The position numbers were made by a program, and so were the translations under genes. Under the pieces are notes generated by a model that worked only from the letters and a program-made list of their open reading frames with translations, was not told the origin of the DNA and made no database searches. A DNA stretch of 64,000 bases from Candidatus Marinacidobacterales bacterium (GTDB lineage: Bacteria > Acidobacteriota > Vicinamibacteria > Marinacidobacterales > SMYC01). Position 1 is the stretch's first letter; each line of letters starts with the position of its first letter. Shown one piece after another: positions 42,044 through 52,719 of this stretch. Location of the stretch: contig OZ250169.1 of the NCBI GenBank assembly GCA_965237955.1, positions 5,984,001-6,048,000 of the forward strand, read 5' to 3'.

Positions 42044-42809
42044 CAAAATAGATAGGTGCCGGCACACCCCGAGCCCTTTCTCGAGGTATTCGGACAGCAC
42101 GATGCTCTCGTTTCCGAAATCACGCGACAACTTCTCGACGCCCGATTCGTTGAACTCGATATCACGGCGAACACAGTCGTAGTACCACGCAAAGAGTCGG
42201 TCACGATCGACACCCTTGGCCACTCCGCGCCGCTTGCACTCCGCGAGCCGGGTTGTCATCCGGACCTTGTCCACCTTGATCTTCTCTCGGCCCGCGCGCT
42301 CGGTCGGTGACGCCTGGGTGCCCATGTCGGTGTAGCCGTGCATCAGGTACTCGGGGATGCCCCGGTAGACGCGACCGTCGTTCAGCCAGCTCTTTTGATC
42401 CATGAGGATCTCGAGCTCCACCGCGGCCTGGACATAGCGATTGCGTCGCCCCGAGTCGGGAATGGTCGCGATCGCCTGGTTCATCGCACGGATGCACTCC
42501 ATCGGCGCCACTCCCCAGCTGGCAACGAACCCTGCGAGCTCGTTGGGCTCGAGCTCGTGAGCGATCCGCTTCCCCGTCTTGGGATCGAGATAGTACGAGT
42601 GGCTCAAGTACTCCGCGTCCATGAGCGCGACCGCGCGAGCGAGCGATGACTGTTGCGCGCTGAGCCGATCCATCAGCTCGCGCATCTCCTTCGAGCCGAG
42701 TGCGCGCCGCGACGGCGAGACCCGGGTAACCGACGCTTGAGAGTCGTCGGACACAGCTCGAGCCTTCGCGCGCTCGTCGGCGTCGGAGCGAAAACTCAAG
42801 AGTGTATCC

Positions 42810-43328
42810 TCATCCGTAGTTCAACACGGTACAGATGTCGTAGTCCGCGAGCTTGTCGCGGCCGTTCAGGAAATCGAGCTCGATGAGAAAGCTCAGCGCT
42901 TCGACTTTGCCACCGACTTTCTCGACGAGATCAACGACGCCGCGCGCGGTGCCGCCGGTGGCGAGGACGTCATCGACGATGACGATGCGCTGGCCGGATT
43001 GGATCGCATCCGCATGCATCTCGAGGCTATCAGTTCCATATTCGAGCTCGTAGGAAACCTGCACGGTGTCCGCGGGGAGCTTGCCCGGCTTCCGAACGGG
43101 AATATGGCCTTTGCCGAGCTCGTACGCGAGGGCCCCCGCGAAGATGAATCCGCGGCTCTCGATGCCGATGAGCGCATCGAAGTCGCGGGATTTGAGAGGC
43201 TCAGCCATATAGTGGATCGCTTTTTTGAATGCTTGCGCATCGCCGAGTAGCGGCGTGATGTCCTTGAACACGATTCCTTTTTGGGGGAAGTCGGGAACGT
43301 CTCGAATGATCTGGCGTAGTTGCTCCAT
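42810..43328 (-). CDS. apt: Adenine phosphoribosyltransferase
   Basis: PDFP..GIVFKDITPLL, ESRGF, RKPGKLP and VDDVLATGGT motifs. Confidence 0.96.
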   Translation of the reverse strand: MEQLRQIIRDVPDFPQKGIVFKDITPLLGDAQAFKKAIHYMAEPLKSRDFDALIGIESRGFIFAGALAYELGKGHIPVRKPGKLPADTVQVSYELEYGTDSLEMHADAIQSGQRIVIVDDVLATGGTARGVVDLVEKVGGKVEALSFLIELDFLNGRDKLADYDICTVLNYG

Positions 43329-43336
43329 ATGACTCC

Positions 43337-43609
43337 TCAAAAGCGCACGCTGAATGAAGTCAGCTCAGAGTCCGCGGAAACCAGAGTCATATCGAAGTCC
43401 TCGCTGTGGGCAGCGCCGGGGCCTTCTCGCAGCCGCTCGCAAAACGACGCGAGCGTGCTCTCGTCCCCTTGCGCGAACACCTCAACGCGGCCGTCTGGTA
43501 AATTGCGCACATAACCGCACACATCACGCGCTCGAGCTTCCTTTTCGGTGAACCACCGGAATCCTACGCCTTGAACGCGACCAGATATGAGAACTACGTA
43601 TGCTTCCAC
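43337..43609 (-). CDS. acyP: Acylphosphatase
   Basis: GRVQGVGFR and [13 protein letters not shown] motifs. Confidence 0.93.
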   Translation of the reverse strand: MEAYVVLISGRVQGVGFRWFTEKEARARDVCGYVRNLPDGRVEVFAQGDESTLASFCERLREGPGAAHSEDFDMTLVSADSELTSFSVRF

Positions 43610-43734
43610 GAGTTCGACACTAGCTGGCCACGCGCTATCAGCCCGTTGGCACCGGAAGGCCGCTTTAGCGTCGCGAAACGCCGGATAGCCTTCCCATTTC
43701 CTTGCTGACTTGGCGATTATACCAAGAAGCCGCG

Positions 43735-44952
43735 TCAATCGCCGTTCCACCGCTCGAGCGCGAGGACGGCGTTGAGACCGCCGAACGCGAACGAGCTCGA
43801 AAGCGCCCGGCGGATCGGCTGTTCGCGGGCCTCGTTGGGCACGACGTCGAGATCGCAGTCGGGGTCGGTTCCGAGATAGCCCGCTGTCGGCGGGACAACG
43901 CCGTTTTCGAGGGCAAGCGCCGTCGCGGCGCACTCGAGCGCCCCCGCGGCCCCCAACGCGTGCCCGTGCATCGACTTCGACGAGCTCATGAGAAGACGCG
44001 TGGCATGCTCACCGAAGACCGTCTTCACAGCCCGGGTCTCGGTCGCATCGTTCAGGGGCGTTCCCGTTCCGTGGGCGTTCACATAGTCCACGGAGTCGGG
44101 CGTCATCGATGCGTCGCAAAGCGCGCCCTGGAGGGCCCGGCTCGCCCCGCGCTCCGATGGCTTGGTAATGTGGCTCGCGTCCGACGACAAGCCGAAACCT
44201 TTGATCTCGGCGTGGATGTGGGCGCCCCGTGCGCGCGCGGCCTCGAGCTCTTCGAGAACGAGCGCGCCAGCGCCCTCGGCCAAGATCAACCCTTTCCGGT
44301 CCCGTGAGAACGGTCGGCAGAGGTCGGGCGAGATCACGCGCATGCTGTCCCACGCCTTGAGGTGTCCGAGGCTGAACGGCGCTTCGCTACCTCCTGTCAA
44401 CGCCACTTTGGATGCGCCCCGCGACACCATCCAAAATGCAACGCCGATCGCGTGGCTCGACGACGAGCACGCCGTCGATACCGTCATGCCGGCCCCTTCG
44501 ATTCCGAACTCCATCGATGCCAGACTCGCGCCGGCGCTCGCCATGATGCGTGGGACCGCGAACGGTGTGAGACGCCGCCGTCCGTCCCGGTAGAGATCCC
44601 GGAAGAGCTCGTCCTGGGTTGTTTGGCCGGCAACCGCGGTGCCGGTCACAACGCTGGCATCGACGAGCGAAGCTGGCTCGATGCCACTCGAAGCGACGGC
44701 CTCGCGGGCTGCGAGCATCCATAGCCGCGCGAACCGGTCTAGCGCCCCCGCATCCGCGGATGCGAACATCGCTTCCAAGTCGACGTCGCGCACCTCACCG
44801 CCGTAGTGAAACTGCAGGCTCGATGTGTCGCAGAGCGCGATTTCAGCGAAACCGTGCCGACCCGTGCACAGAGATTCCCAGAAGCTCTCACGGTCGCGCC
44901 CGATGGCCGACACGACGCCGATGCCGGTGATGACGACGCGGTGCGGCCCCAT
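43735..44952 (-). CDS. fabF: Beta-ketoacyl-ACP synthase II family
   Basis: TACSSS, NAHGTGT, KSMHGH and SFAFGG motifs. Confidence 0.9.
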   Translation of the reverse strand: MGPHRVVITGIGVVSAIGRDRESFWESLCTGRHGFAEIALCDTSSLQFHYGGEVRDVDLEAMFASADAGALDRFARLWMLAAREAVASSGIEPASLVDASVVTGTAVAGQTTQDELFRDLYRDGRRRLTPFAVPRIMASAGASLASMEFGIEGAGMTVSTACSSSSHAIGVAFWMVSRGASKVALTGGSEAPFSLGHLKAWDSMRVISPDLCRPFSRDRKGLILAEGAGALVLEELEAARARGAHIHAEIKGFGLSSDASHITKPSERGASRALQGALCDASMTPDSVDYVNAHGTGTPLNDATETRAVKTVFGEHATRLLMSSSKSMHGHALGAAGALECAATALALENGVVPPTAGYLGTDPDCDLDVVPNEAREQPIRRALSSSFAFGGLNAVLALERWNGD

Positions 44953-44959
44953 AGGGTTT

Positions 44960-45208
44960 TCAGCTGGGAGTTGGGAGGAGCGGTTTCACACACTCCAAGA
45001 CGTCGCGGACGGTGGTGATTTCGCGGGCGTCGTCGTCCGGAATGATAATCCCGAGCTCTTCTTCCAGGTCGCACAACAAATCGAAACCGTTCAGGGAATC
45101 GATGCCCAGATCCTGGAACGTACTGTCGAGCGTAATCGCCCCGGCCGGCTGGTTGCCTTTCTCAGCGATTGCGGCCATGACCTTCATCGTGAGCTGACTG
45201 TTGTCCAT
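44960..45208 (-). CDS. Acyl carrier protein
   Basis: DLGIDSL phosphopantetheine site; acidic composition. Confidence 0.88.
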   Translation of the reverse strand: MDNSQLTMKVMAAIAEKGNQPAGAITLDSTFQDLGIDSLNGFDLLCDLEEELGIIIPDDDAREITTVRDVLECVKPLLPTPS

Positions 45209-45253
45209 ATCGGGCGAGTCTACCACAACGTCGATCGGTTACACTCCCGCGCG

Positions 45254-45450
45254 ATGAACGCCCTGTGGGTTCCGCTCGCTCTCGCTGCCGGCGCCCTCCA
45301 GAGCGTCAGAAACGGCTTTGCGCGCAGTCTTTCGGGAGCTATCTCCCCTGCCCTCAACAGTTGGTCGCGCTTCTTTTTCAACCTTCCGTTCTCGTTCTTG
45401 CTGTTCTCGGCGCTCGTCGCCGCGAACGGGTTCCCTTCGGTCTCGCTACC
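45254..45450 (+). pseudogene. DMT/EamA transporter N-terminal remnant
   Basis: MNALWVPLALAAGALQSVRN...WSRFFFNLPF, then breaks; runs in frame into the YheU gene. Confidence 0.65.
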
Positions 45451-45499
45451 GGTATCATCGTGTTGTGGCTCGCAAGCTGAAAGACTAGGCTTCGACTCC

Positions 45500-45727
45500 G
45501 TGGATTCCGAAACGCGCTTCGTGGACGTCGACTACCGTACGCTCAGCACGCAAGCGCTCCGCGGCCTCATCGAAGAGTTCATTACGCGGCAAGGCACCGA
45601 CTACGGCGTGCGTGAAGTCAGCCTCGACGACAAAGTCACAGACGTCGAGCGCCAGCTCAAAAACGGCGAGGCGCGAATCGTGTTCGACACCGTCAACGAA
45701 TGCGCGAACATCGTGCCGCGCACTTGA
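45500..45727 (+). CDS. YheU (UPF0270) family protein
   Basis: LSTQALRGLIEEFITRQGTDYG..EVSLDDKV. Confidence 0.85.
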   Translation: MDSETRFVDVDYRTLSTQALRGLIEEFITRQGTDYGVREVSLDDKVTDVERQLKNGEARIVFDTVNECANIVPRT

Positions 45728-45730
45728 CTA

Positions 45731-47263
45731 CTAAGACAGGAAGAGACGGAACGCGGCGTTGTTCGGCTCGAGCGTGTAGGGGTAGCCGAGTCCGTCGAGA
45801 AACGCTTGGAACTCCTTTCGTTCGTCGGGTGGGACCTCGAACGCGGCCAGAACCCTGCCGAAATCCGAGCCGTGATTCCGGTAGTGGAACAAGCTGATGT
45901 TCCACCGGCCTCCGAGCGTATCCAGGAACTGCATGAGGGCTCCCGGCCGTTCCGGAAAACGAAACCGACACGGCCACTCGTGCTCGACGTCTCGAGCGCG
46001 ACCACCAACCATGTGACGGACGTGCACCTTCGCCGTCTCGTCGTCGGAGAGATCGAGCGTCTCGTAGCCGAGACCGCGCAAATGCTCCGCGAGCGACGTC
46101 GCGTCGTCACGGGATTCGACGCTGATGCCGACGAAGATGTGGGCCTCGGCGCGGCCGCTGAGCCGGTAGTTGAACTCCGTCACCACACGACGGCCGATCG
46201 CCTTACAGAACTCGCGGAAGGCCCCCGCCCGCTCGGGAATCGTCACCGCAAAAATCGCCTCGCGAGCTTCACCGAGCTCCGCGCGCTCGGCAACGAACCG
46301 CAGCCGGTCGAAATTCATGTTCGCACCGCTCAGGACCGCGACCAGGCGCTGGTCTCGTGCCCCGTTGTCTTCGACGAACCGCTTGAGCCCGGCAACGGCC
46401 AGCGCCCCCGCGGGCTCCATCACCGTCCGCGTGTCATCGAACACGTCTTTGATGGCGGCGCAGATCTCGTCGTTCGTGACCCGAACGACCTCGTCGACGA
46501 CTTCTCGAGCTATCGTCAACGTAAGGTCAGAAACTTCCCGAACGGCGACGCCATCCGCGAAAATGCCGACGTGGTCGAGGCGCACTTTTTCCCGCCGCGA
46601 GAGTGATTGGTACATTGCGTCCGCCTCGAACGGTTCGACCCCGACGACCCGGGTCGAGGGCTTGAGCGTTTTCAAGATCGTGCCGATGCCTGCGATCAAA
46701 CCGCCACCACCTACGGGGACGAACACCGTATCGAGCTCGCCCTTGGCGTGGCGCAGGATCTCGTCGCCGATGGTTCCCTGCCCGGCGATCACCAGAGGAT
46801 CGTCGAACGGGTGCACCAACGTGAGTCCCCTCTCCTCACGCAGCTCCTCGCACCGCACCTCGGCCTCGGCGTAGGTGTCACCCGCGAGCTCGACGGTCGC
46901 GCCCATACTGCGGACAGAGTCGACTTTGATGGCCGGTGTCGTCCTCGGCATGACGATGGTGGCCGCGATGCCAAGATGACGTGCCGAGAACGCCACACCC
47001 TGAGCGTGGTTTCCGGCGCTCGAGGCGATCACGCCTCGTACGGTCGCTTCTCGCGGCAAGCTGGCCATTTTGTTGTATGCACCGCGAAGCTTGAAGCTGA
47101 ACACCGGGTGCATGTCTTCGCGCTTCAACAGCACTTCGTTCCCGAACCGCGCGCTCAGCTTGTGCGCATTCTCGAGCGGTGTCTCGTTCACCACTTCATA
47201 GACACGGCTCGAAAGAATGGAGCGGAAGAGCGAACCGAGATCGTGTTGGTCGTCTTGTGTCAT
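45731..47263 (-). CDS. ilvA: Biosynthetic threonine ammonia-lyase
   Basis: SFKLRGAYN, SAGNHAQG and PVGGGGL motifs; two regulatory domains. Confidence 0.96.
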   Translation of the reverse strand: MTQDDQHDLGSLFRSILSSRVYEVVNETPLENAHKLSARFGNEVLLKREDMHPVFSFKLRGAYNKMASLPREATVRGVIASSAGNHAQGVAFSARHLGIAATIVMPRTTPAIKVDSVRSMGATVELAGDTYAEAEVRCEELREERGLTLVHPFDDPLVIAGQGTIGDEILRHAKGELDTVFVPVGGGGLIAGIGTILKTLKPSTRVVGVEPFEADAMYQSLSRREKVRLDHVGIFADGVAVREVSDLTLTIAREVVDEVVRVTNDEICAAIKDVFDDTRTVMEPAGALAVAGLKRFVEDNGARDQRLVAVLSGANMNFDRLRFVAERAELGEAREAIFAVTIPERAGAFREFCKAIGRRVVTEFNYRLSGRAEAHIFVGISVESRDDATSLAEHLRGLGYETLDLSDDETAKVHVRHMVGGRARDVEHEWPCRFRFPERPGALMQFLDTLGGRWNISLFHYRNHGSDFGRVLAAFEVPPDERKEFQAFLDGLGYPYTLEPNNAAFRLFLS

Positions 47264-47302
47264 TGCAAACTATCGTTAGTTTCGCCTGGCAAACCGGCGC
47301 GT

Positions 47303-47346
47303 AAAGAAAAAGCCGGTCCGGCCGTAACGCCACGACCGGACCGGCT
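47303..47346 (-). terminator. Intrinsic terminator between the NHL gene and ilvA
   Basis: AGCCGGTCCGGTCGT-GGCGTT-ACGGCCGGACCGGCT-TTTTCTTT. Confidence 0.85.
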
Positions 47347-47366
47347 CGTCAGAACAGACTATTACC

Positions 47367-47967
47367 TTAGTCGTCCGTGGTCGGCCAGACGACTCCCTGA
47401 TCTTTCTTCTTGATCGGTCCCATGCCTTTGTACATGAACTTCTGGACGCGCTTGCCCTCGTAGGTTTCCACCGTATAGATGTTGCCTTTCGAGTCAGTCG
47501 CCAGGTTGTGGACGGCAAAGAACTGTCCGGGCGGGCGTCCACCGTCGTCGAAGCTCGTCAAGATCTCGAGCGACTCGCGGTCCATGATATACACCTTCAT
47601 GTTCTTGCCATCGGCATTAGATGTATTTCTGGTCGGCGTCTTTCGAGAACGCAATGTCCCACCGCGCCGTCGCCGAGCGTCTCCTTCGCGATGCGTTTTT
47701 CCTTCACGAACGTTCCGTCGAGCCTGAAGACCTGAACCCGATCGTTCGGACGATCGCAGACGGTGACACCAATGGTCGAGCCCATGACCCAATGGTGGGG
47801 AGCGGTTTCGACCACATCGGATCGACCTCGAACATTGGCGCTTCACCGTCCGCGACGGAAGCCGACGCCGTCGTCTCCAACATCGATTGGCCCATGGCAA
47901 GTACGATGAGGACGGCCAGAAAGGCCGCGCCGATTAGAAGATTCTTTTTGTGCTTCAAGCTCTTCAT
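47367..47967 (-). pseudogene. NHL-repeat secreted protein collapsed by internal deletions and frameshifts
   Basis: FEVDPMW, HWVMGSTIGV, VCDRPNDRVQVF and HNLATDSKGNIYTVETYEGKRVQKF occur in different frames. Confidence 0.8.
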
Positions 47968-48099
47968 CCTTTCCTCTCTTCGTCCGGACCCGGTGGGCGC
48001 CCTCAGAATGCGCGCAAGTATACGCCACCGGCCAGGCACTTGTCATGCCAAGGAGGACGCAACTATTCTTACTCTCGCAGACAAACCCTTCAATTCGCA

Positions 48100-48462
48100 G
48101 GCTCGCACTTCACGACGTCGCTTCTCGCGTTCAATGTCGGTGTCGAGCTCGGGCAGTTGCTGGTGCTCGTTCTGACCATCCCGTTGCTGAACGCACTGGT
48201 CCGCTTCGGCGTCTCGGAACGGATCGGAACGATCTACCTGTCGGCGTTGATCACCCACTCCGCGTGGCACTGGATGGTCGAGCGCGCCGAACAGCTTCGG
48301 CAGTTCTCGTGGCCCGCTCTCGATGCCGCTCGCCTGGCGAACTTGATGCGCCTTTCGATGCTCTGGGTTTTGTTTGCAGCTCTCGTGTGGCTGGCGTCGG
48401 TTCTCAAGCCGCCGCCGGACTCGAGCGCAGACGAGGAAGCTTCCGCTGGAGCGGACCGCTAA
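48100..48462 (+). pseudogene. HupE/UreJ-family membrane protein, C-terminal remnant
   Basis: LLAFNVGVELGQL...LSALITHSAWHWM. Confidence 0.7.
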
Positions 48463-51210
48463 CTATCCGTCGACGTCGTCACCAACCGCCGCCAGCCAAG
48501 CCGAAAACTCTGCATCGCGAAGCTCGTCCGCCAGAACGCTCGCTGCACGAGCTTTGCCTGCGAGCATGAGGGCAAGGATACGAAACCGCGCGAGCTCGGC
48601 GCTCGTCGGATCGTTCATCTGGGCCCGCTCGAGATGCGCTGCCGCCAGCTCGTAGTCGCGCGCGGCGAACGCGTGGGCCGACAAGAGGAACTCGAGCATG
48701 GGATGGTTCACGCCACTCGCTTTAGCCTTTTCGAGGATGACCCGATCTTCCAGATCACTGGCCATGATCATCAGCGGCAGCGCGACCAGCGATGATTGCG
48801 TGAGCACGTGGTGGAGCTCAGGGATGCCCGCGCCACCGTGCGCGAGGTGGCGGTTGATGATGTCCTGGTAGGCGAAGTAGTCGAGTGTGCGCTCGCGTAG
48901 CTCCGGCGGCCAGATGTCCCGAATCCACGCGCTCTCGCTGAACCTGCGACGGGACTCCGATGCGTCCATGAGCCGGAGGAACTCTGCCAAGTCAGCGCCT
49001 CCGTTCGTCTCACTCTGGTGGAAGAGTGCGGCTTGGATGCGATGAGGAAAGTTGTCGCGAAGCGGAAGCGCGTCGCCGGTCCACTCCTCGAGAAATGCGG
49101 AGTCTCCGATGAACAATGCCCCGAGCTGCTCAGGAGTCTCGACCCCGATCGTCGAGAACCCGGTTGCCACGTCGCGCCATGGACGATCGAAATCGGCGGC
49201 GTCGACGGGGCCGTCGAGCCCGCGCGTCCCCACCAACATCCACTCGGTGCCGGCGCCTGTCCAAAGCGAACAGTCCGAGAACGCTCCACAAAAACCGTTC
49301 ACGAGTGACTTCGCCTCACTCGCTTCGAGCTGATACACGGGGAGCCAGTACGTCACCACGCCGCGGGGAGCGAGTCGCTCGCGGAGAAGGGTGAAATACT
49401 CTTCGCTATAGAGATTGACGATGCCGGCGTTTTTCGGCGGAGGCGGCTCTGCAGTAATAATGTCGAACCGCTTTTCGGTGGTTTGCAGAAAGAACCGTCC
49501 GTCTTCGATGTGAACGCGCACCCGCGAATCCTTCAAAGGGTGTCCGTTCGCAAAGATGTCGACCTCGAGGCTGAGATCGATCAGATCGCGCGAGATATCG
49601 ACGACATCGATGGACTCCAGGCTCTTTTGCTCGGTGAGCGCGTTCGCAGTGACTCCGACACCATAGCTAATTAGGAGCGCGTTTTTCGCATCCGGGTTGA
49701 GCGCCATCGGCCAGTAGGCATAGAGCCGCATGTAGCGCTTCGCCCGGTAGGTCGTCGCCGACATCGCGAACCCGTTGGTAACGAGCCGGTGATAGCGCGG
49801 CTCGCCGAACAAGTCGTTCCTCAAGTAGAACGCTGCCTCGGTGACCCCTTCGCGCATCGCAATGACGTACGAGCCGTCGGCAAGATACGGGGCAAGGACG
49901 CGCGGCAGATGGTGGTTTTGCATCAGGCCGGAGGGAAAGAACACGAGGCCGAGAACGAAACCGACGCCCGCGACGCTCATGCCCAAACGCTCCGCACTTG
50001 CGACGCGGAGCTCTCGACGCCGCGCATAGGCGACCACGATGGCGATGGCGCCATAAAGCGCGGCGAGCACGAAGAACGAGCGTTCGAGTCCTAGCCTCGG
50101 GATCAAAACGAATTCCGCCACCAGGGAGCCGAACATAGCACCGAGCGTATTCGACAACGTGAGCCCCGCGGCCGAGAGCGTCTCGTCGCCGAGCTCGTCG
50201 TTGAGGGCCCGTCCGATGAACGTAAACAGGATTCCGGAGAGGAAGCTCACCGGCGCCGCCGAGAGAAGCCCCATCGAATCGACGAAGCTGAAATAGGTGA
50301 CGATGACCACGATTCCCGACGTGAGTGCCACCACGCCGACGTAGCGGTGAGCCTCTTTATCCTGGCGCAGCCACCAGGACGCGACGAAGCCGCCGGACGC
50401 GATACCGAAGAGCACGACCGAGAGCATCAACGAGAAGACAAGACTCGTGCTGTTCCGAAAGAGCAACATGAAACGAAACCACACCACTTCGAGCCCGAGC
50501 AGGGCGGCTCCGGATAGGAATGCGGCACTGAGGATGACGAGCGCGGGCGCTTTGACCAGTGCGCGCCAGGAGACGTGACTCGCGGGAATCTCGACCCCTA
50601 TGGTTTTGCGCGCGAGCAAAATCACCAGGAACGCCGCGGCCACGTTCAAGACGGCGGCAACAACCCCCGTGCCACGGACTCCGAACGCTCCTATCAAAAC
50701 CAGCTCGGCGGAGAGCGCACCGGCGACCGCGCCGAGCGTGTTCCACCCGTAGAGGCGTCCAAGAACGCGACCGAAGTTCTCGTCGTAGCGCGACAATGTG
50801 CGGACGAGCAACGGAAGCGTCGCGCCCATCGCGGTTGCCGGAACCAGGAGGAGCGCAAACGCGATCGCGAGCCTCATGGGGTTGAGCACCCACGGTTGCT
50901 CGAGAAACGGCCGGAACAGGGGGGCCAGCCAGGACGCAAGGCTCGGCAAGAGCAGGACGAGCCCAAGGCCCGTCGCGCCGATGACCAGTTCCAGAATCGC
51001 GTACACCCGCAGCGGGCGCACCCACCGCCCTCCGTGGCGCGCCACGACCAGGCTCCCGAGCGCGAGCCCTCCCATGAAGCTTGCGAGCACGAGACTCGAC
51101 GCCCACACGCTGTTGCCGAACGCGAGCCCCGCCATGCGAAACCACAACGTTTCGAAGATGAGGGCGGACGCGCCCGAGAGAAAGAAGATGAGACAAAGTG
51201 CCAGTTGCAT
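48463..51210 (-). CDS. Fused membrane / spermidine-synthase-like methyltransferase
   Basis: FFLSGASALIFE, LYGWNTLGA, YGVGVT, EDGRFFL and EPPPP...LYSEEYF motifs. Confidence 0.88.
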   Translation of the reverse strand: MQLALCLIFFLSGASALIFETLWFRMAGLAFGNSVWASSLVLASFMGGLALGSLVVARHGGRWVRPLRVYAILELVIGATGLGLVLLLPSLASWLAPLFRPFLEQPWVLNPMRLAIAFALLLVPATAMGATLPLLVRTLSRYDENFGRVLGRLYGWNTLGAVAGALSAELVLIGAFGVRGTGVVAAVLNVAAAFLVILLARKTIGVEIPASHVSWRALVKAPALVILSAAFLSGAALLGLEVVWFRFMLLFRNSTSLVFSLMLSVVLFGIASGGFVASWWLRQDKEAHRYVGVVALTSGIVVIVTYFSFVDSMGLLSAAPVSFLSGILFTFIGRALNDELGDETLSAAGLTLSNTLGAMFGSLVAEFVLIPRLGLERSFFVLAALYGAIAIVVAYARRRELRVASAERLGMSVAGVGFVLGLVFFPSGLMQNHHLPRVLAPYLADGSYVIAMREGVTEAAFYLRNDLFGEPRYHRLVTNGFAMSATTYRAKRYMRLYAYWPMALNPDAKNALLISYGVGVTANALTEQKSLESIDVVDISRDLIDLSLEVDIFANGHPLKDSRVRVHIEDGRFFLQTTEKRFDIITAEPPPPKNAGIVNLYSEEYFTLLRERLAPRGVVTYWLPVYQLEASEAKSLVNGFCGAFSDCSLWTGAGTEWMLVGTRGLDGPVDAADFDRPWRDVATGFSTIGVETPEQLGALFIGDSAFLEEWTGDALPLRDNFPHRIQAALFHQSETNGGADLAEFLRLMDASESRRRFSESAWIRDIWPPELRERTLDYFAYQDIINRHLAHGGAGIPELHHVLTQSSLVALPLMIMASDLEDRVILEKAKASGVNHPMLEFLLSAHAFAARDYELAAAHLERAQMNDPTSAELARFRILALMLAGKARAASVLADELRDAEFSAWLAAVGDDVDG

Positions 51211-51287
51211 CGGAAACGTTACGCGATCCGCGAGTTTTTAGAGTGTTCTAGGATTGTAAGGGGGCCAGGTGGACGCTGCAACTAGAT

Positions 51288-51830
51288 CTAGTTGGCGCGT
51301 GAATAGACACTGCGAATGACGAGGGGTGCTTTGAGTTGTTTGTCCTCGAGACGCACCGTCAACACCATTTCGTTGCCACCGGAGGAAAGCTTGTACGTCT
51401 CGAAGATCTTGGCGCCGTCGCTGGTTTTCATCTCGATGTCAATCTGACTGCCCGTCGGTGTCGCCTTCGTTTCGAGCCGTGTCCCGTTCTGCATCTGGCG
51501 TTCGTGCTTCTGGCCGTCCAGATAGTAGATGCGCAGATTGTCACCGCCGTCGTCGACAACGAGCTCACGGCTGTTCCGCTCGATGTCGAGCTCGTCCGCG
51601 TACTGCACGAATCGATCGAGCACTTGATTCAGCCGCTGAACGAATCGCGGGTCGACGTCCTCGACGGTGTCGCGCCCCCGACTCATCTTTTGGATGAACC
51701 CTTCGATCGTCGCTTCGAGCTTGGGCTCTGGATCATCGCTCTTGTCGCCATCGCGATACCAAAGGCCCGTGTACCCTGACTGTGCTATCAGCAATCCGAT
51801 GGTGGCAAGCGTCGTGACGAGCGTTCTCAT
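51288..51830 (-). CDS. Secreted hypothetical protein (lipocalin-like)
   Basis: Signal peptide and Y.G.W motif. Confidence 0.65.
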   Translation of the reverse strand: MRTLVTTLATIGLLIAQSGYTGLWYRDGDKSDDPEPKLEATIEGFIQKMSRGRDTVEDVDPRFVQRLNQVLDRFVQYADELDIERNSRELVVDDGGDNLRIYYLDGQKHERQMQNGTRLETKATPTGSQIDIEMKTSDGAKIFETYKLSSGGNEMVLTVRLEDKQLKAPLVIRSVYSRAN

Positions 51831-52400
51831 ATCGCGACTCACGCTAGGAGGGATGAACGCTCGCGGTCCCTTTTGTCTGCGCCTCCGGGCCGTGGGCTCG
51901 CGTCGCCCAGTGATGCCGAAAATACGTGACGACCGAAGATACGGCAGCCGCACTGGCCACCGCCACGGGGAGCTAGTCCCCTGTATCAGAACAAACTAGA
52001 TAAAGCAGAGCTTGCCGAAACCCTTCTAAGTGCATGAATCTTATGAATCTTATGGGCTGGCGAAAAGCCTAACTTTGTATAGTAATCAAAGATCCAGGGG
52101 ACTAGCTCGAACATCAATGCCGACATCATGACGAGAGTCGTGTTCAACCTTCGTACGCCTTCGAACTCATCAGTACATTCCCAAGTCGAATGTTACTGCA
52201 CCGATCTGCTGCCGTCCATCGGCGTCGTCAAGAGGCCGGTCCACCCGAAACCTGCGGCGATGGCGTGCTGCGTCCTCATCGGGTCGAACACCCCGAGCGC
52301 GACGAACGAACCAAGGGCGAACACCTCTAAGAGACGAGAGACGAGATTTTCCCCTGGAGGCCTCCCTGTTCGGAAGACTTTTTGCGGGACGGCGGGAGTG

Positions 52401-52543
52401 AAAACGGAAAAAGGCGAGGCCGGAACACCCAACCACTAGAACACCGAATGTGTTCCGTTCCGGCCTCGCCTCTTCGCTCCGTTCCATATTGAAACGGGAC
52501 CCCCCTCGAGATCGGCCCGTTTCGAAACGGTTTGAACGAACGA
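52401..52543 (-). ncRNA. Putative sigma54-dependent structured small RNA, copy A
   Basis: Paralog of 53601-53731; conserved stems and U-tailed terminator; ends are inferred. Confidence 0.65.
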
Positions 52544-52553
52544 TGGAGAGTAG

Positions 52554-52569
52554 TGCAATCGCGATGCCA
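52554..52569 (-). promoter_or_regulatory. sigma54 promoter
   Basis: TGGCATC-GCGA-TTGCA. Confidence 0.8.
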
Positions 52570-52719
52570 GATCTGGCCGCCGGGCGCTCGATTGCACGTC
52601 CCTGAATTCAGGTCGACCGAGCGTCGCGTTCGAGCTCGCTTCCGGCACGCTGGTCGTAGAAATCTTCCACTATCGTCTACTCGAGGATGCCGCCGGGAAA
52701 TGTCGTCAACGACGAGTGG

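Larger units (their letters stand above)
38583..42799 (-). pseudogene. Transglutaminase-like (Cys-His-Asp) protein split by ISL3 and IS256
   Basis: Removing both IS gives ...GLGVCRHLSIFFQLYLQEAGIDCRLVKG...HAWNLV...VLVDVT...KIEAA* (plus a 1-nt frameshift near 40240). Confidence 0.85.
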
